Below are positions 1-9,914 of a DNA stretch of 64,000 nt, in pieces. How positions within the stretch are numbered: the first letter of the stretch is position 1; each line of letters starts with the position of its first letter. Position numbers and translations under genes: made by a program. A model generated the notes under the pieces. That model was not told the DNA's origin and ran no database searches. It saw only the letters and a program-made list of their open reading frames with translations. Origin of the DNA: an uncultured Gammaproteobacteria bacterium (lineage in GTDB: Bacteria; Pseudomonadota; Gammaproteobacteria; Pseudomonadales; JAHEGP01); the NCBI GenBank assembly GCA_963792875.1, contig CAWBXV010000002.1, forward strand, positions 790,335-854,334, read 5' to 3'.

Positions 1-1140
1 ATTGGCCGTGAGCAGGTCCCGCCACTGCAGCGAGGGGTAGAGCATGCTGCCATAACCGGCCATCTCCATGCCCGCAGCCACGGCCGACACGTCCACCCCC
101 CCCTGCATAGCCCACAGACTGAGCACCGCCAGCAGATCGCCAAGCAGCAGGCCCAGACCGAGCAGGCACAGCGACTCCAGCAGAATCTGCCACACGATGG
201 CAGCCGGGCGCATGCCCAGCGCCTGCATCAAGCCAATCTCCCTGACCCGCTCGAACACCGCCATCGCCAGCGTGTTGACCAGCCCGAAGGACAGCGCCAC
301 AAAGACGATGACGATCCACACCAGCACAAACCCATCCATCACCCGCAGCATCGAACCCAGATAGCCGTCGAGCTCATACCAGGGCAGCGTCTCCCGCTGC
401 GCGCCAGCGGCGGCCGCGATGTCCCGGGACAGGGCATCGACATCGCGGTAGTCATCGCCCAGCACGGCGACCTCGGTCAGTTCCTCGTCGATGCGCAGCA
501 TGCGCTGCACGGTCTCCAGCCCGGCATAGACCAGGCTTTCTTCCACACCCTGGAGGCGGGCGCGGAAGATGCCGACGATGCGGAAGCCACGATCGGCGAT
601 GTCGTTGTCAGGGTCCTGGCTCATCACCACCACGCGCTTGCCCAGGCGGGTCTCCAGGCGCTCTGCCAGCCGCGCGCCGATGAGGACACCCCGATCGGCG
701 GGGCCCTCGAGGAAGCGCCCCTCGACGATCATCGCCGCGATGCCCGACAGGCGATCATCGGCCACAGGATCGATACCGATCAGAGAGACGCCGCGCGAAT
801 CCCGCTCGCTGGAGATGATCGCCGGCACCTTGACCCGGCCGGACCAGGCCACGACCTCCGGCGCCGCCAGCGCGGCCGCGAGCGTCGGGTCCGGGGGCGG
901 CATGCGGTTGGCCACGCTGGGATCATCCCGATACGCCGGGTGGTGCACCTGCACGTGGCCGGGCAGCGTACCGATGCCGCCGCGCACCATATCGTCCACC
1001 ATGCCCCGCATGATGGCGGTCAGGAAGATCATCGCCCACACCCCGATCGCTATCGCCGCCAGCATGATCAGCGTGCGGCGATGATTGCGCCAGAGGTTGC
1101 GCCAGGCCAGGGTCCAGAGCACCGGCCAGGGCGTAGTCAC
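1..1140 (-). CDS. ABC transporter permease, FtsX/MacB-LolCE family (N-terminal 380 codons; C-terminus lies beyond the left edge)
   Basis: Not in the ORF track because it runs off the window. Hand translation from GTG at 1140 gives VTTPWPVLWTLAWRNLWRNHRRTLIMLAAIAIGVWAMIF... and later FGLVNTLAMAVFERVREIGLMQALGMRP. These are the N-terminal RNLxRxxRRT/TM1 motif and the FtsX-domain core. The GTG overlaps the upstream TGA (GTGA at 1137-1140). The frame stays open for all 380 codons down to position 1. Confidence 0.8.
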   Translation of the reverse strand, partial: MTTPWPVLWTLAWRNLWRNHRRTLIMLAAIAIGVWAMIFLTAIMRGMVDDMVRGGIGTLPGHVQVHHPAYRDDPSVANRMPPPDPTLAAALAAPEVVAWSGRVKVPAIISSERDSRGVSLIGIDPVADDRLSGIAAMIVEGRFLEGPADRGVLIGARLAERLETRLGKRVVVMSQDPDNDIADRGFRIVGIFRARLQGVEESLVYAGLETVQRMLRIDEELTEVAVLGDDYRDVDALSRDIAAAAGAQRETLPWYELDGYLGSMLRVMDGFVLVWIVIVFVALSFGLVNTLAMAVFERVREIGLMQALGMRPAAIVWQILLESLCLLGLGLLLGDLLAVLSLWAMQGGVDVSAVAAGMEMAGYGSMLYPSLQWRDLLTAN

Positions 1141-2369
1141 GACGCCGCCCTCATCGCCTGCACCGGCTCCAGGTGCCGCAGCCGCAAGGCGGGGATCAGG
1201 CCGGCCAGCATACAACCGGCCATCACTGCCGCGGGACCGAGCAGGAGCGCGAAGGCATCGAGGCGGGGATACATGCGCTCCGGGATATTGAACTTGCCCG
1301 CCATCTCCTCCATGCCTGGATAGGTGAAGCCGACGGTGCCGAACCAGAGCGCCACGGCGCCGCCCAGGGCGACGCCCAGCACCAGACCGAGCAGGCTCAT
1401 CAGGGTCGTCTCGAGCATGACCAGCCGCCCCAGCCGGCCGGGGGTCACCCCCAGCGCCAGCACGATCCCGAACTCGCGGGTGCGCTCCATAACCGACATG
1501 AGCTGGGTGTTGAGCACGCTGAAGGCTACCAGCACCACCAGCACCAGATACATGAACCAGGCGCTGAACATGTCGGCCTGGATGGCCTGCTTCAGACCCG
1601 GTTGCAGGGCGTCCCAATCGTGCACTGCCCAGCGCCGGGCATCGGGGAAGCGGGTGGCGATGGTCGCCGCGAGGGCGTCGACCGCGTCGAGGCTGGCGGC
1701 CTTGATCACCACGCTGTGGCCCCGGTCGCCCATGGCGAACACGTCCTGGAAATAGCCCAGCGGCAGCTCCGCCAGCCCTCGATCGATGTCGCTCATGCCG
1801 GTGGCGTAAAGGCCGACGATCTCCACCACCCCGGCCGAGAACGAGCCATCCAGCCCGGAGCCCAGCAGGGTGAGCCGGTCGCCGAGCCCCACTCGCAGAT
1901 TGCGGGCCAGCACCGCACCGATCACGATCTCGGCGGCATCGATGTCGTCGAGGTAACGACCGCTCACGAGCAGTCCGGGGATACTGGAGACCCCGGGCTC
2001 ACGCGCGGGCTCGACGCCGACCAGCTGCACGCCGTAGCTGCGCTCCGCGCTGGACAACAGCGCAAAGGCCGAGGCCCGGGCCGCCACCTGCACGTCCGCC
2101 AGCGCTCCCCGCAACTCGCTCGCCGCGCCCCGCACGTCGTCCACGGTGTAGCGCATGCGCGGCTCGTCGATGTAACCCGGCGCCTGCAGCTGAAGGTGGC
2201 CGGTGAGCACGCCCAGGGTGTTGTCGATCATCATGCGGTAGGTGCCCAGCTGCAGGGTGATCACGAATACCAGCAGCACATTGGAGAACACCATGGCACC
2301 GGTGGTCAGCCAGGTGCGGCGGCGGTGCCGCCACAGGTTGCGCCAGGCCAGTCGCAGCGTGATATTCAC
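1137..2369 (-). CDS. ABC transporter permease, FtsX/MacB-LolCE family
   Basis: ORF 1137..2660 trimmed at the 5' end. The family-like sequence starts at GTG 2369 (VNITLRLAWRNLWRHRRRTWLTTGAMVF), which overlaps the stop of the upstream gene (GTGA). The C-terminal FtsX core is LNTQLMSVMERTREFGIVLALGVTP. The discarded 97 N-terminal codons are Arg/Gly/Pro-rich and overlap the neighbouring gene. Confidence 0.85.
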   Translation of the reverse strand: MNITLRLAWRNLWRHRRRTWLTTGAMVFSNVLLVFVITLQLGTYRMMIDNTLGVLTGHLQLQAPGYIDEPRMRYTVDDVRGAASELRGALADVQVAARASAFALLSSAERSYGVQLVGVEPAREPGVSSIPGLLVSGRYLDDIDAAEIVIGAVLARNLRVGLGDRLTLLGSGLDGSFSAGVVEIVGLYATGMSDIDRGLAELPLGYFQDVFAMGDRGHSVVIKAASLDAVDALAATIATRFPDARRWAVHDWDALQPGLKQAIQADMFSAWFMYLVLVVLVAFSVLNTQLMSVMERTREFGIVLALGVTPGRLGRLVMLETTLMSLLGLVLGVALGGAVALWFGTVGFTYPGMEEMAGKFNIPERMYPRLDAFALLLGPAAVMAGCMLAGLIPALRLRHLEPVQAMRAAS

Positions 2370-3139
2370 TGGCGGGGATTGCGCAGGCTCGACAGCGTGA
2401 ACAGATTCGGGCTCAGCTCGATGTCGAAGGACTGGGCCGCCACCGTCACTTCCGTCCACTCCCCCGCCGCCTCCAGCTTTTCCATGCGCTGGCGCTGGGC
2501 GACGCTGCGGCCACCCAGGATGGCGACGTTCAGCGTTACCAGCTGTTTCACGAGCGCCCCGTCCTGATCGTAGAACTGGTCCTGCAGCACGATGTAGTCG
2601 TCGCGAATCTGCAGCACGCGCTTGCCCCAGACCACCGCGGCGTCCTCCAGGGGGCGGCATTCGATGACGTAAACCGTGTGCTCGTCGGCCTGTCGGGTCT
2701 CGAGCAGGACGTGCCGGTAATCCTCGACGATCTCATCCGAGCGGGCGATATCCTGGTTGGAGAAATCGGAACCCATCCAACCCTGCCCCATCATGGACGA
2801 GGGCACTTTGACGATGCTGTTGACCTTGGGCGAGTAGGTCCACATGGCCCTGTCGATCAGCAGCGTGCCGTTGCCCCGGTCCTTTTTCGGCGCCGTGACC
2901 CGCACCAGGGACTTCTTTTCGCCCTCGGTCCAGGCCTTCATCGACATGGCCCGCTCCCACCCCGGCCGATGGATGGTCATGGTCAGCTCGGCATAGGAGC
3001 TGGTGCCGCGCCAGTGGTCGATGGCGGCCTTGACCAGCGCCGCGGGATCGTCCTGGTAGGGGTCTCCGGCCCTCGCCAGCAGCGGGATGCACAGCAGCGA
3101 AAGCCATAGCAACCCGCCTTCGGCGCGCTTGCGCGACAT
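2366..3139 (-). CDS. LolA-like outer membrane lipoprotein-sorting protein (periplasmic)
   Basis: ORF 2366..3181 trimmed to ATG 3139, with GGAGGAAG about 9 nt upstream. Signal peptide MSRKRAEGGLLWLSLLCIPLLARA. The body (WRGTSSYAELTMTIHRPGWERAMSMKAWTEG...LVRVTAPKKDRGNGTLL...MWTYSPKVN) matches my memory of the LolA_like family, which usually sits next to FtsX-type permease pairs. Confidence 0.7.
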   Translation of the reverse strand: MSRKRAEGGLLWLSLLCIPLLARAGDPYQDDPAALVKAAIDHWRGTSSYAELTMTIHRPGWERAMSMKAWTEGEKKSLVRVTAPKKDRGNGTLLIDRAMWTYSPKVNSIVKVPSSMMGQGWMGSDFSNQDIARSDEIVEDYRHVLLETRQADEHTVYVIECRPLEDAAVVWGKRVLQIRDDYIVLQDQFYDQDGALVKQLVTLNVAILGGRSVAQRQRMEKLEAAGEWTEVTVAAQSFDIELSPNLFTLSSLRNPRQ

Positions 3140-3281
3140 CGTCAAAACGCTTCCTCCGCTTGGTGTGGCCCTCCAGGCCAATTATCATGGCGTCTAGTTC
3201 TAGCAAGATTAACCGGCCCTTGCAAGGGCGTGCCGGAGCACCGGAGCGCCGGGCTGCAGACGCGGGAGCGTGGAGATCGAC

Positions 3282-3971
3282 ATGCCGACCATACCAGAGC
3301 GCCTGCTGGCGGTGCGCGAGCGCATCACCCAGACTGCCCGCGCCTGCGGGCGCGACCCGGCCACCGTGTGCCTGGTCGCCGTCAGCAAGACCCGGCCGGC
3401 AGAGGATGTGCGGGCGGCGCTGGCGGCCGGCCAGCACGATTTCGGCGAAAACTACCTGCAGGATGCGCTGCCGAAGATTCAGGCGCTGTCGGGCGCCGAT
3501 ATCCGCTGGCATTTCATCGGCCCCATACAGTCCAACAAGACGCGCGACATCGCGCGGCATTTCGACTGGGTCCACAGCATCGACCGCATCAAGATCGCCC
3601 AGCGTCTCAGCGCACAGCGCGCGCCGGAGCAAGCGCCGCTGCAGGTCTGCCTGCAGGTGAACATCGATGCTGAAGTCAGCAAAGCGGGCTTTGCCCCCGC
3701 CGCAGTCGCCGCCGCCGCCGACGCCATCGCGCTGCTGCCGCAGCTGCGCCTGCGCGGGCTGATGTGTATTCCCCATCCCAGCAGCGACCCCAGCGGACAG
3801 CGCGCCGGCTTTGCGGCGCTGCGCGCGCTGTTGACGCAGCTGCAGCAGCGGCATCCGCATCTCGACACCCTGTCCATGGGCATGTCCGCCGACCTGGAGG
3901 CCGCCATTGTGGAGGGCGCCACCCTGGTGCGCGTCGGCACCGATATCTTCGGCCCCCGCCTGAGCGGCTGA
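3282..3971 (+). CDS. yggS: YggS-family pyridoxal-phosphate homeostasis protein
   Basis: Motifs LVAVSKTRP (PLP lysine), FGENYLQDA, HFIGPIQSNK and MGMSADLEAAI. ATG 3282 has GGAG 6 nt upstream. The ORF-track GTG at 3270 has no spacing for an SD. Confidence 0.9.
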   Translation: MPTIPERLLAVRERITQTARACGRDPATVCLVAVSKTRPAEDVRAALAAGQHDFGENYLQDALPKIQALSGADIRWHFIGPIQSNKTRDIARHFDWVHSIDRIKIAQRLSAQRAPEQAPLQVCLQVNIDAEVSKAGFAPAAVAAAADAIALLPQLRLRGLMCIPHPSSDPSGQRAGFAALRALLTQLQQRHPHLDTLSMGMSADLEAAIVEGATLVRVGTDIFGPRLSG

Positions 3972-4074
3972 TCCATCCGGCCGCCGCGCCACAGCGCGCA
4001 GAACCGACTTAAAACTTGCCGGCGGAAGCGCTACACTGCGCGCTCGCAACGCAACCGAGGCGGGAAGCTACCGC

Positions 4075-4896
4075 GTGAAGGACACCAGAATCGCATTTAT
4101 CGGCGCCGGCAATATGGCCAGCGCCCTGCTTGGCGGAATGCTCGGCGGCGGCTTTGAGCCAGGGCTGCTCGTGGCCGCCGACACCAACCCGGACTGTCTG
4201 GACAGGGCGAGCCGGCTGGGCATAGCGACCACCAGCGACAATGCCGAGGCCTTGCAGGGCGCCGCAGTCGTCGTGCTGGCGGTAAAGCCCCAGGTGCTCA
4301 AGAGCGTGCTCGAGCCCCTGCGGCCGCAGTTGAGCAGGCAGCGGCCGCTGCTCATCTCCATCGCTGCCGGCATCGATCTGCAGAGCCTGCAGCGCTGGGG
4401 CGGCGAGGATGTGCCCATCGTGCGCTGCATGCCCAACACGCCGGCGCTGGTGGCGACCGGCGCCACCGGGCTGTACGCCAATGCGCACGTCAGCCCCGCG
4501 CAGCGAGCGCTTGCCGAGGGCATCATGGGCGCGGTGGGCAGCACGTTCTGGCTGGACGAGGAGCGGCAGCTCGATGCCGTCACCGCCGTATCGGGTTCGG
4601 GGCCGGCCTATTTTTTCCTGGTCATGGAGGCCATGCAGGAAGCCGGTCAGGCGCTGGGCCTGGCACCCGCAGTGGCCTCCGCGCTCACCCTGCAGACCGC
4701 GCTGGGCGCGGCGCGCATGGCCGTCGAGAGCGATGTCGACGTCGCCGAGCTGCGGCGCCGCGTCACCTCTCCCGGGGGCACCACCGAGCAGGCGCTGCTA
4801 ACCTTTGAGCGGGGCGGCCTGAAGACGCTGTTTCAGGAGGCCATGGCGCAGTGCGCCAGGCGCTCTGAGACGCTGGCCCGCGAACTGGGCGACTGA
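4075..4896 (+). CDS. proC: pyrroline-5-carboxylate reductase
   Basis: N-terminal Rossmann motif IAFIGAGNMASALLGG, C-terminal P5CR signature VTSPGGTTEQAL, and the conserved yggS-proC-yggT neighbourhood. Confidence 0.93.
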   Translation: MKDTRIAFIGAGNMASALLGGMLGGGFEPGLLVAADTNPDCLDRASRLGIATTSDNAEALQGAAVVVLAVKPQVLKSVLEPLRPQLSRQRPLLISIAAGIDLQSLQRWGGEDVPIVRCMPNTPALVATGATGLYANAHVSPAQRALAEGIMGAVGSTFWLDEERQLDAVTAVSGSGPAYFFLVMEAMQEAGQALGLAPAVASALTLQTALGAARMAVESDVDVAELRRRVTSPGGTTEQALLTFERGGLKTLFQEAMAQCARRSETLARELGD

Positions 4897-4944
4897 GCTG
4901 CGGGCGCCCGCCGGAAAACCTTAGTCAAATCACTGGAGAAGCAC

Positions 4945-5532
4945 ATGGGTGCGCTGACCGAAGTAGTCGCATATCTGGTAAATACCCTGCTGAGCATCTA
5001 CCTGATGGTCGTCATCATGCGATTTCTGCTGCAGGTGGCGCGGGCCGACTTCTACAACCCCATCAGCCAGTTCGTGGTGAAGGCCACCAACCCTTTGGTG
5101 AAACCCCTGCGTCGCTTCATCCCCGGCCTCGGCGGCCTCGACCTGGCGACGCTGGTGCTGGCTCTCGTCATCCAGTTCGCGGCCATCAACCTGCTGTACC
5201 TGATCCTGGCCCACAGTATCCCCAGCCCGATCAGCGCGCTGATCTGGAGTCTGATCGGCATCGCCGCCACCGTGGTGAAAATCTACTTCTTCTCGATACT
5301 GGCCGCGATCATCTTCAGCTGGATAGCGCCGGGCAGCCAGCACCCTGCGCTGGGCCTGCTCTACCAGCTCAACGAGCCGGTCATGGCGCCCTTTCGCAAG
5401 GTACTCCCGCCACTGGGAGGCCTGGACCTGTCGCCCATACTGGTCTTCATCGCCATCAACGTGATCAACATACTGCTGGCGCACGCCGCCATCGCGACCC
5501 ATCTGCCCCGCAACCTGCTGATGGTGATATGA
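4945..5532 (+). CDS. yggT: YggT-family integral membrane protein
   Basis: Duplicated YGGT repeats (...FYNPISQFVVKATNPLVKPLRRFIP... and ...LYQLNEPVMAPFRKVLPPLGGLDLSPI...), multiple TM helices, GGAGAA SD upstream, and synteny after proC. Confidence 0.85.
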   Translation: MGALTEVVAYLVNTLLSIYLMVVIMRFLLQVARADFYNPISQFVVKATNPLVKPLRRFIPGLGGLDLATLVLALVIQFAAINLLYLILAHSIPSPISALIWSLIGIAATVVKIYFFSILAAIIFSWIAPGSQHPALGLLYQLNEPVMAPFRKVLPPLGGLDLSPILVFIAINVINILLAHAAIATHLPRNLLMVI

Positions 5533-5536
5533 CGCC

Positions 5537-5869
5537 GTGCCAGCGCCCGGGCTGCCGCCGGCCACGACGTCCGTAAGCGCGCACTATCGCTGGCAGGGCT
5601 GCGACCTGCTGCTGCGCTGCCACGTGCAGGCCAATGCCCGCGGCGATGAGATCAGCGGCCTGCAGGCCGGCCGGCTCAAGGTGCGCGTCGCCGCGCCGGC
5701 GCTGGAGGGCAGGGCCAACCAGCGCCTGAGGCGTTTTCTCGCCGCGAGTTTTGGCGTCAGTCCATCGGCGGTGAGCATCGAGCAGGGCGAGGGCCACCGC
5801 TTCAAAAGCGTACTCATCGCCGCGCCGCAGGTGCTGCCAGCTGGCTGCGGGATAGCCGGTAAATCCTGA
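5537..5869 (+). CDS. DUF167 (YggU-like) protein
   Basis: LLLRCHVQANARGDEISGLQAGRLKVRVAAPALEGRANQRLRRFLAASFGVSPSAVSIEQGEGHRFKSV matches the DUF167 pattern (PxxGxAN...L). It sits in the usual position directly after yggT. Confidence 0.75.
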   Translation: MPAPGLPPATTSVSAHYRWQGCDLLLRCHVQANARGDEISGLQAGRLKVRVAAPALEGRANQRLRRFLAASFGVSPSAVSIEQGEGHRFKSVLIAAPQVLPAGCGIAGKS

Positions 5870-5970
5870 TCGCGGCGGCCGCCGCGCTTGTGGGTCGGCC
5901 GCCGCATCATTAGACTGCCACTAGTCCGCATGCGCTGCACGATGCCCTCTCACTGACTTGCCGAGCATCA

Positions 5971-7134
5971 ATGCCCAAGACCTTACCCAAAGATTCCGTC
6001 GGCCTGGTGACACCCCGCCGGCTGCGCTTCGATCAGCCGCTGACCCTGGCATCGGGGCGCGTGCTGGAGCGCTACGAGCTGGTCTACGAGACCTACGGCG
6101 AGCTCAACGCCGAGCGCTCCAACGCCGTGCTGATCTGCCATGCGCTCTCCGGCGATCACCACGCGGCCGGCTACCACGAGGGGCAGGACAAGCCCGGCTG
6201 GTGGGACCACTATATCGGCCCGGGCAAACCCATCGACACGCGGCGCTTTTTCGTCGTCAGCCTCAACAACCTGGGCGGCTGCGCCGGCTCCACCGGCCCG
6301 ACCTCGATCAACCCCGCCACCGGCAAGCCCTGGGGCGGCGCCTTCCCCATGCTGAGGGTGCGCGATTGGGTCGCAAGCCAGGCCCGCCTGGCCGACGCGC
6401 TGGGCATCGAGCGGTTTGCGGCGGTGATCGGCGGCAGTCTCGGCGGCATGCAGGCCATGCGCTGGACCATCGATTTTCCGCAGCGGCTGCGCCATTGCAT
6501 CGCCATCGCCAGCGCGCTGCGCCTCAGCGCCCAGAATCTGGCCTTCAACGAGATCGCCCGGCGCGCCATCACCTCCGACCCCGGCTTCCACAGCGGCGAC
6601 TACCACGAGCGCGACACGCTGCCGCGCGACGGCCTGGCGCTGGCGCGTATGATCGGCCACGTCACCTACCTGTCGAACGATCTCATGGGCGAAAAATTCG
6701 GCAGGGAGCTGCGCGCCGGCAGCTTCGACATCGGGCAGGAATCCGCTATCGAGTTTCAGGTGCAGAGTTATCTGCGCTATCAGGGAGAGCGCTTCTCTGG
6801 TCGCTTCGACGCCAACACGTACATTCTGATGACCCGGGCGCTCGACTACTTCGACCTCGCCAGAGACTTCGGCGATGATCCGGTGCGCGCCTTCAGCGGC
6901 GCATTGTGCCGCTTTCTGATCGTCTCCTTCAGCACCGACTGGCGCTTCCCGCCCGAGCGCTCGCGGGAGATCGTCGACGCCCTGATCGCCGCCCGCCAGG
7001 CCGTGAGCTATGCCGAGATCGCCTCCAACCAGGGGCACGATGCGTTTCTCCTGCCCAATCCCCGCTATGAGGCGATCTTTGCCAGCTACATGCAGCGCAT
7101 TCATCGGGAGCTGCAGGAGGGTTCATCGCCATGA
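5971..7134 (+). CDS. metX: homoserine O-acyltransferase (MetX type)
   Basis: Alpha/beta-hydrolase with nucleophile elbow [11 protein letters not shown], the MetX N-terminus ([21 protein letters not shown]) and HDAFLL near the C-terminus. Followed by metW with a 4-nt overlap. Confidence 0.93.
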   Translation: MPKTLPKDSVGLVTPRRLRFDQPLTLASGRVLERYELVYETYGELNAERSNAVLICHALSGDHHAAGYHEGQDKPGWWDHYIGPGKPIDTRRFFVVSLNNLGGCAGSTGPTSINPATGKPWGGAFPMLRVRDWVASQARLADALGIERFAAVIGGSLGGMQAMRWTIDFPQRLRHCIAIASALRLSAQNLAFNEIARRAITSDPGFHSGDYHERDTLPRDGLALARMIGHVTYLSNDLMGEKFGRELRAGSFDIGQESAIEFQVQSYLRYQGERFSGRFDANTYILMTRALDYFDLARDFGDDPVRAFSGALCRFLIVSFSTDWRFPPERSREIVDALIAARQAVSYAEIASNQGHDAFLLPNPRYEAIFASYMQRIHRELQEGSSP

Positions 7135-7721
7135 AGCTGCCACCGGAGCTGGTACAGCAGTGGATCAGGCCCCAGGAGACCGTGCTCGATCTGGGCTGTG
7201 GCGACGGCACGCTGCTGCGCCAGCTCATCGACGAGAAGGGCGTGCTGGGTTATGGCCTGGAGATCGACCCCACCGCCATCAACGCCTGCGTCACCGCTGG
7301 CGTCAACGTCATCGAGCAGGATCTGGACGGCGGCCTGTCGAACTTTGCCGACGGCAGCTTCGATACGGTGGTGATGACACAGACGCTGCAAGCGGTCCAC
7401 TACCCGCACCTGGTGATCGACGAGATGCTGCGCATCGGCAAGATGTGCATTCTCGTGTTCCCCAATTTCGGCCACTGGCGCTGCCGCATGCACCTGGGCA
7501 TCCGGGGGCGCATGCCGGTCTCCAAATTTCTGCCCTACCAGTGGTACGATACACCCAACATCCATTTCTGTACGATCGCGGATTTCGAGTCGCTGTGTCG
7601 CGAAAAGCAGATCAGCATTCTCAACCGCAGATTTCTGACCGCGCACGGGCGCGCCAATGTGATGACCCGCGCCTGGCCCAATCTGTGCAGCTTGACCGCC
7701 ATCTACCGCATCACCCGATAG
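7131..7721 (+). CDS. metW: methionine biosynthesis protein MetW
   Basis: SAM motif [13 protein letters not shown], MetW-typical [10 protein letters not shown] and [14 protein letters not shown], with ATGA coupling to metX. Confidence 0.9.
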   Translation: MKLPPELVQQWIRPQETVLDLGCGDGTLLRQLIDEKGVLGYGLEIDPTAINACVTAGVNVIEQDLDGGLSNFADGSFDTVVMTQTLQAVHYPHLVIDEMLRIGKMCILVFPNFGHWRCRMHLGIRGRMPVSKFLPYQWYDTPNIHFCTIADFESLCREKQISILNRRFLTAHGRANVMTRAWPNLCSLTAIYRITR

Positions 7722-7730
7722 GTCGATCCC

Positions 7731-8189
7731 GTGAAATTCACCAACGTTCTACTATTTCTGCTCAGCACCGCCCTGACCTCGTCACTGCTGGCCGATGAAC
7801 AGCCGTTCGAGGCGACCGCGGGCCCCTACACCGTTTACTACAGCCTGTTTCCGTCGACCTTTCTCCGCGCGGAGGTCGCCCAGGCCTATGGCATCGTGCG
7901 CGCCAAGAACCGCGCCGTGCTGAACGTGTCAGTGCGGGAGCGCATCGATGAGGGCGCCCAGGCCCCCACCCGCGAGAAATCGGCGGTGGTGCGCGGCACC
8001 AGCAACGACCTCATTCACAAGACCCCGCTGCAGTTCACCGAGGTGAGGGAGCAGGGCGCCCTGTACTACCTTGCCGAGGTGCGCTTCGGCGGCACCAGCC
8101 CCCGGCTCTATTTCGATCTGCAGATCGAACCCGATCCCGGCGCCCCGCCCATCGCCATCTCCTTCAGCAAGCAGATGAGCGCCGAGTGA
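7731..8189 (+). CDS. DUF4426 periplasmic protein
   Basis: Signal peptide MKFTNVLLFLLSTALTSSLLA. YTVYYSLFPSTFLRAEVAQAYGIVRAKNRAVLNVSV and EQGALYYLAEVRF resemble the DUF4426 protein found between metW and rdgB in Pseudomonas. Confidence 0.75.
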   Translation: MKFTNVLLFLLSTALTSSLLADEQPFEATAGPYTVYYSLFPSTFLRAEVAQAYGIVRAKNRAVLNVSVRERIDEGAQAPTREKSAVVRGTSNDLIHKTPLQFTEVREQGALYYLAEVRFGGTSPRLYFDLQIEPDPGAPPIAISFSKQMSAE

Positions 8190-8782
8190 TGCAGACCATC
8201 GTGCTGGCCAGCGGCAATCAGGGCAAGCTGCGCGAACTGCAGTCCCTGCTGAAGCCGGCGGGTTACGCGGCCGTCTCCCAGCGCGACTTCGAGGTACCCG
8301 AGGCCGAGGAGACGGGGCTGAGCTTCGTCGAAAACGCGATCATCAAGGCCCGCAATGCCTGCCACCACAGCGGCCTGCCGGCGCTGGCCGACGACTCCGG
8401 ACTGGAGGTCGATGCCCTCGACGGCCGGCCGGGCATCTACTCTGCGCGCTTCAGCGGGCCCGGCGCCTCGGATGCCAGCAACAACGAGCACCTGCTCGAC
8501 GCGCTGCGGGGCGTTGCCAACGCCGACCGCACCGCCCGCTACCAGTGCGTAATCGTCGCGATGCGCCACGCCAGGGACCCCTCGCCCCTCATCTGCCAGG
8601 GCACCTGGGAAGGGCGCATCCTCGAACAGCCTGCCGGCAGCGGCGGCTTCGGCTACGACCCCCTGTTCCTGGTGGAGGAATACCAGTGCAGCGCGGCGCA
8701 ATTGCCCGCCGCGGTCAAGAACCACGCCAGCCACCGCGGCCAGGCGATGCGACAACTGCTGTCCCTGCTCGCCCGCCGCTGA
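8186..8782 (+). CDS. rdgB: dITP/XTP pyrophosphatase (RdgB/HAM1)
   Basis: Motifs VLASGNQGKLRE, ETGLSFVENAIIKA, FGYDPLF and SHRGQA. Confidence 0.92.
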   Translation: MMQTIVLASGNQGKLRELQSLLKPAGYAAVSQRDFEVPEAEETGLSFVENAIIKARNACHHSGLPALADDSGLEVDALDGRPGIYSARFSGPGASDASNNEHLLDALRGVANADRTARYQCVIVAMRHARDPSPLICQGTWEGRILEQPAGSGGFGYDPLFLVEEYQCSAAQLPAAVKNHASHRGQAMRQLLSLLARR

Positions 8783-8783
8783 C

Positions 8784-9914
8784 GTGCAGCTGCCGCCGCT
8801 CAGCCTCTACATTCACATTCCGTGGTGCGTGCGCAAGTGCCCGTATTGTGATTTCAACTCGCACCAAGCCCCCCTGCAGCTGCCCGAGACCGAGTATGTG
8901 AACGCGCTGCTGGGGGAATTCGACCGCCGCTGCGACGCCCTCCGCGATCGCGAGATCGGGTCGGTATTCTTTGGCGGCGGCACGCCCAGCCTGTTTTCCC
9001 CTGACGCGATCGGGTCCGTCATCGATCAGCTCGATCGCCGCCTGCGCTGGGCGGCCGACGTCGAAATAACCCTGGAGGCGAATCCGGGCACGGTCGACCG
9101 CCAGCGCTTTGCCGGTTTCAGGACCGCCGGCGTCAACCGCCTGTCCATCGGCGTACAGAGCTTCGACGACGCGCTGCTGCGCGCGCTCGGCCGCATCCAC
9201 GGCGGCAGCGAGGCGCTGGCCGCCATCGCGGCCGCGCACTCGGCCGGCTTCTCCCGGGTCAATGTCGACCTCATGTACGGCCTGCCAGGCCAGAGCACGG
9301 CGCAGGCGCTGGCCGACCTGCGCGCTGCCATCGCCTGCGGGATCGGCCACCTGTCCTGGTACGAACTGACGATCGAACCCAATACGGCGTTCTACAACGC
9401 GCCGCCAGCGCTGCCGCAGGAAGATCACCTGGCTGCGATGGAGGCTGAGGGGCGCAGCCTGCTGGCGGCAGCAGGCTACGAGCGCTATGAGATCTCCGCC
9501 TACGCGCGCCCCGCGCAGGCATGCCGGCACAATCTCAACTACTGGCAGTTCGGCGATTATCTCGGACTCGGCGCCGGCGCCCACAGCAAGCTGACCGATC
9601 CCGCCACGGGTCGCATCTGCCGCACCTGGAACACCCGCGTGCCTGCGGACTACCTGGGCAGCGCCCGCCACCAGCCGGCCGGGCGCCGCGAGCTGGCCGC
9701 CGCCGAGCTACCCGTGGAATTCATGATGAACGCTCTGCGCCTCACGCACGGCGTGGCCGCTGGCTGCTTTGAGGCCCGCACCGGCCTGGCGTTGAACGCG
9801 CTGCAACCGGCGCTGTCGCAGCTGCGCCAGCGCGGCCTGCTGGCAGCCGGGGACCGGCTGTGCACCACCACCCAGGGCAGCCGCTTTCTCGATAGCGTAC
9901 TGGCCTGCTTTTAG
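8784..9914 (+). CDS. hemW: radical SAM heme chaperone HemW (coproporphyrinogen-III oxidase-like)
   Basis: LYIHIPWCVRKCPYCDFNS (CxxxCxxC), GGGTPS, and synteny rdgB-hemW. Confidence 0.9.
   Translation: MQLPPLSLYIHIPWCVRKCPYCDFNSHQAPLQLPETEYVNALLGEFDRRCDALRDREIGSVFFGGGTPSLFSPDAIGSVIDQLDRRLRWAADVEITLEANPGTVDRQRFAGFRTAGVNRLSIGVQSFDDALLRALGRIHGGSEALAAIAAAHSAGFSRVNVDLMYGLPGQSTAQALADLRAAIACGIGHLSWYELTIEPNTAFYNAPPALPQEDHLAAMEAEGRSLLAAAGYERYEISAYARPAQACRHNLNYWQFGDYLGLGAGAHSKLTDPATGRICRTWNTRVPADYLGSARHQPAGRRELAAAELPVEFMMNALRLTHGVAAGCFEARTGLALNALQPALSQLRQRGLLAAGDRLCTTTQGSRFLDSVLACF

Noticed and set aside
5873-5886. GC-only palindromes after stop codons considered as terminators. Examples are GCGGCGGCCGCCGC after the DUF167 gene, GCGGGCGCCCGC at 4901-4912 after proC, and CTCCTC-N10-GAGGAG after the cytochrome gene near 61589.
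   Set aside because: None is followed by a U-tract, and such short GC palindromes are frequent by composition alone. Only the rpoH terminator, which has a stem plus a T5 run, was accepted.
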